Source of the DNA: Antedon mediterranea
Lineage: Eukaryota; Animalia; Echinodermata
Direction of reading: 5' to 3'
DNA: 64,000 nt
Assembly: GCF_964355755.1 (NCBI RefSeq)
Contig: NC_092676.1
Location: forward strand, 17,812,871-17,876,870
The translations under genes were made by a program, and so were the position numbers. Numbering within the stretch: the first letter of the stretch is position 1; each line of letters begins with the position of its first letter. Of the stretch, positions 63,346-64,000 are shown piece by piece. The notes under the pieces were generated by a model. That model was not told where the DNA came from and searched no databases. It saw nothing but the letters and a program-made list of their open reading frames with translations.

Positions 63346-64000
63346 GTATTATACATTTATTTTTTTAGCTTAGTGCTACTGAGCACTGAACTGTAATGTC
63401 TTGAAAAACAACAACCAAAGATTTGTTTATGACTTTATTTTAATGTAGATCATCTAATTGTGATCGTATTTGTCTTTTTACTTTCACTGTGATATTATTG
63501 CTATAACCTCATAAATGTTTACATAATCAATTAGAATGCTGTTTATAAATTGGAGTTCGTATTATACAGATATTGACTGCTTAGAGGTTAAATATAAGAT
63601 TTGACATCCCCGAGGGAATGATATTAAGTTCGAGGGAATATATATTTCCGCCACGATATAAAAGGCAATATCTGTTATATTATATAGCCAAGAACAAGTC
63701 TGCTTGGTTGGGTGAAGCTAGGTTAGGCCTCCTATAGTATTTGTATTGTATTTAAACAAGCCTGCCTAGACACCTTACCTTGCGAAGAATAATATACAGA
63801 TAATTACTAATTAATGATTCCTTGGCAATAAAATATTCACTTAGGCCTAGGTCGTTTAAATTAACAGAAGAATTTCCATCAATAAGCCTATTAAAAATAA
63901 TAATATTATAATCAGGTAGGCCGAATAAACAATTCGTCTTCTTTTCTCGATCTTCGAGGAGCCGCGAATCACCGGATGTTCAGCGCGTACTAGGTTACTA

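Overview
AT-rich, intron-rich animal genomic DNA, probably from a marine invertebrate deuterostome (a weak inference from the SINE type and gene content). It is not prokaryotic, and most ORFs in the supplied track are exon fragments, antisense shadows or repeat artefacts. Three spliced genes were assembled by hand with consistent splice phases. (1) SH3YL1 on the minus strand, 1-5232, running off the left edge. (2) A 2244-aa MAP3K19/YSK4-type kinase with N-terminal ankyrin repeats, 30671-44512, 18 coding exons including one of 3881 nt. (3) Nucleobindin (NUCB1/2), 50457 to 63345 or beyond. Introns and the 6.4-30.5 kb region hold nested non-autonomous transposons (Helentron/DINE-like, Helitron, MULE-like, PIF/Harbinger, Kolobok-like, IS3EU-like), LINE fragments and tRNA-derived SINEs. 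Best leads: a duplicated, apparently mutually exclusive exon pair in nucleobindin; the ankyrin-MAP3K19 architecture; a Gypsy relic carrying a TatD-like nuclease fragment; a minimal hammerhead ribozyme in a kinase intron; and TA-to-TACTGTA / TA-to-TAGGCCTA micro-insertions that look like transposon excision footprints. All family assignments come from reading the sequence and recalled consensus motifs; no database search was run.
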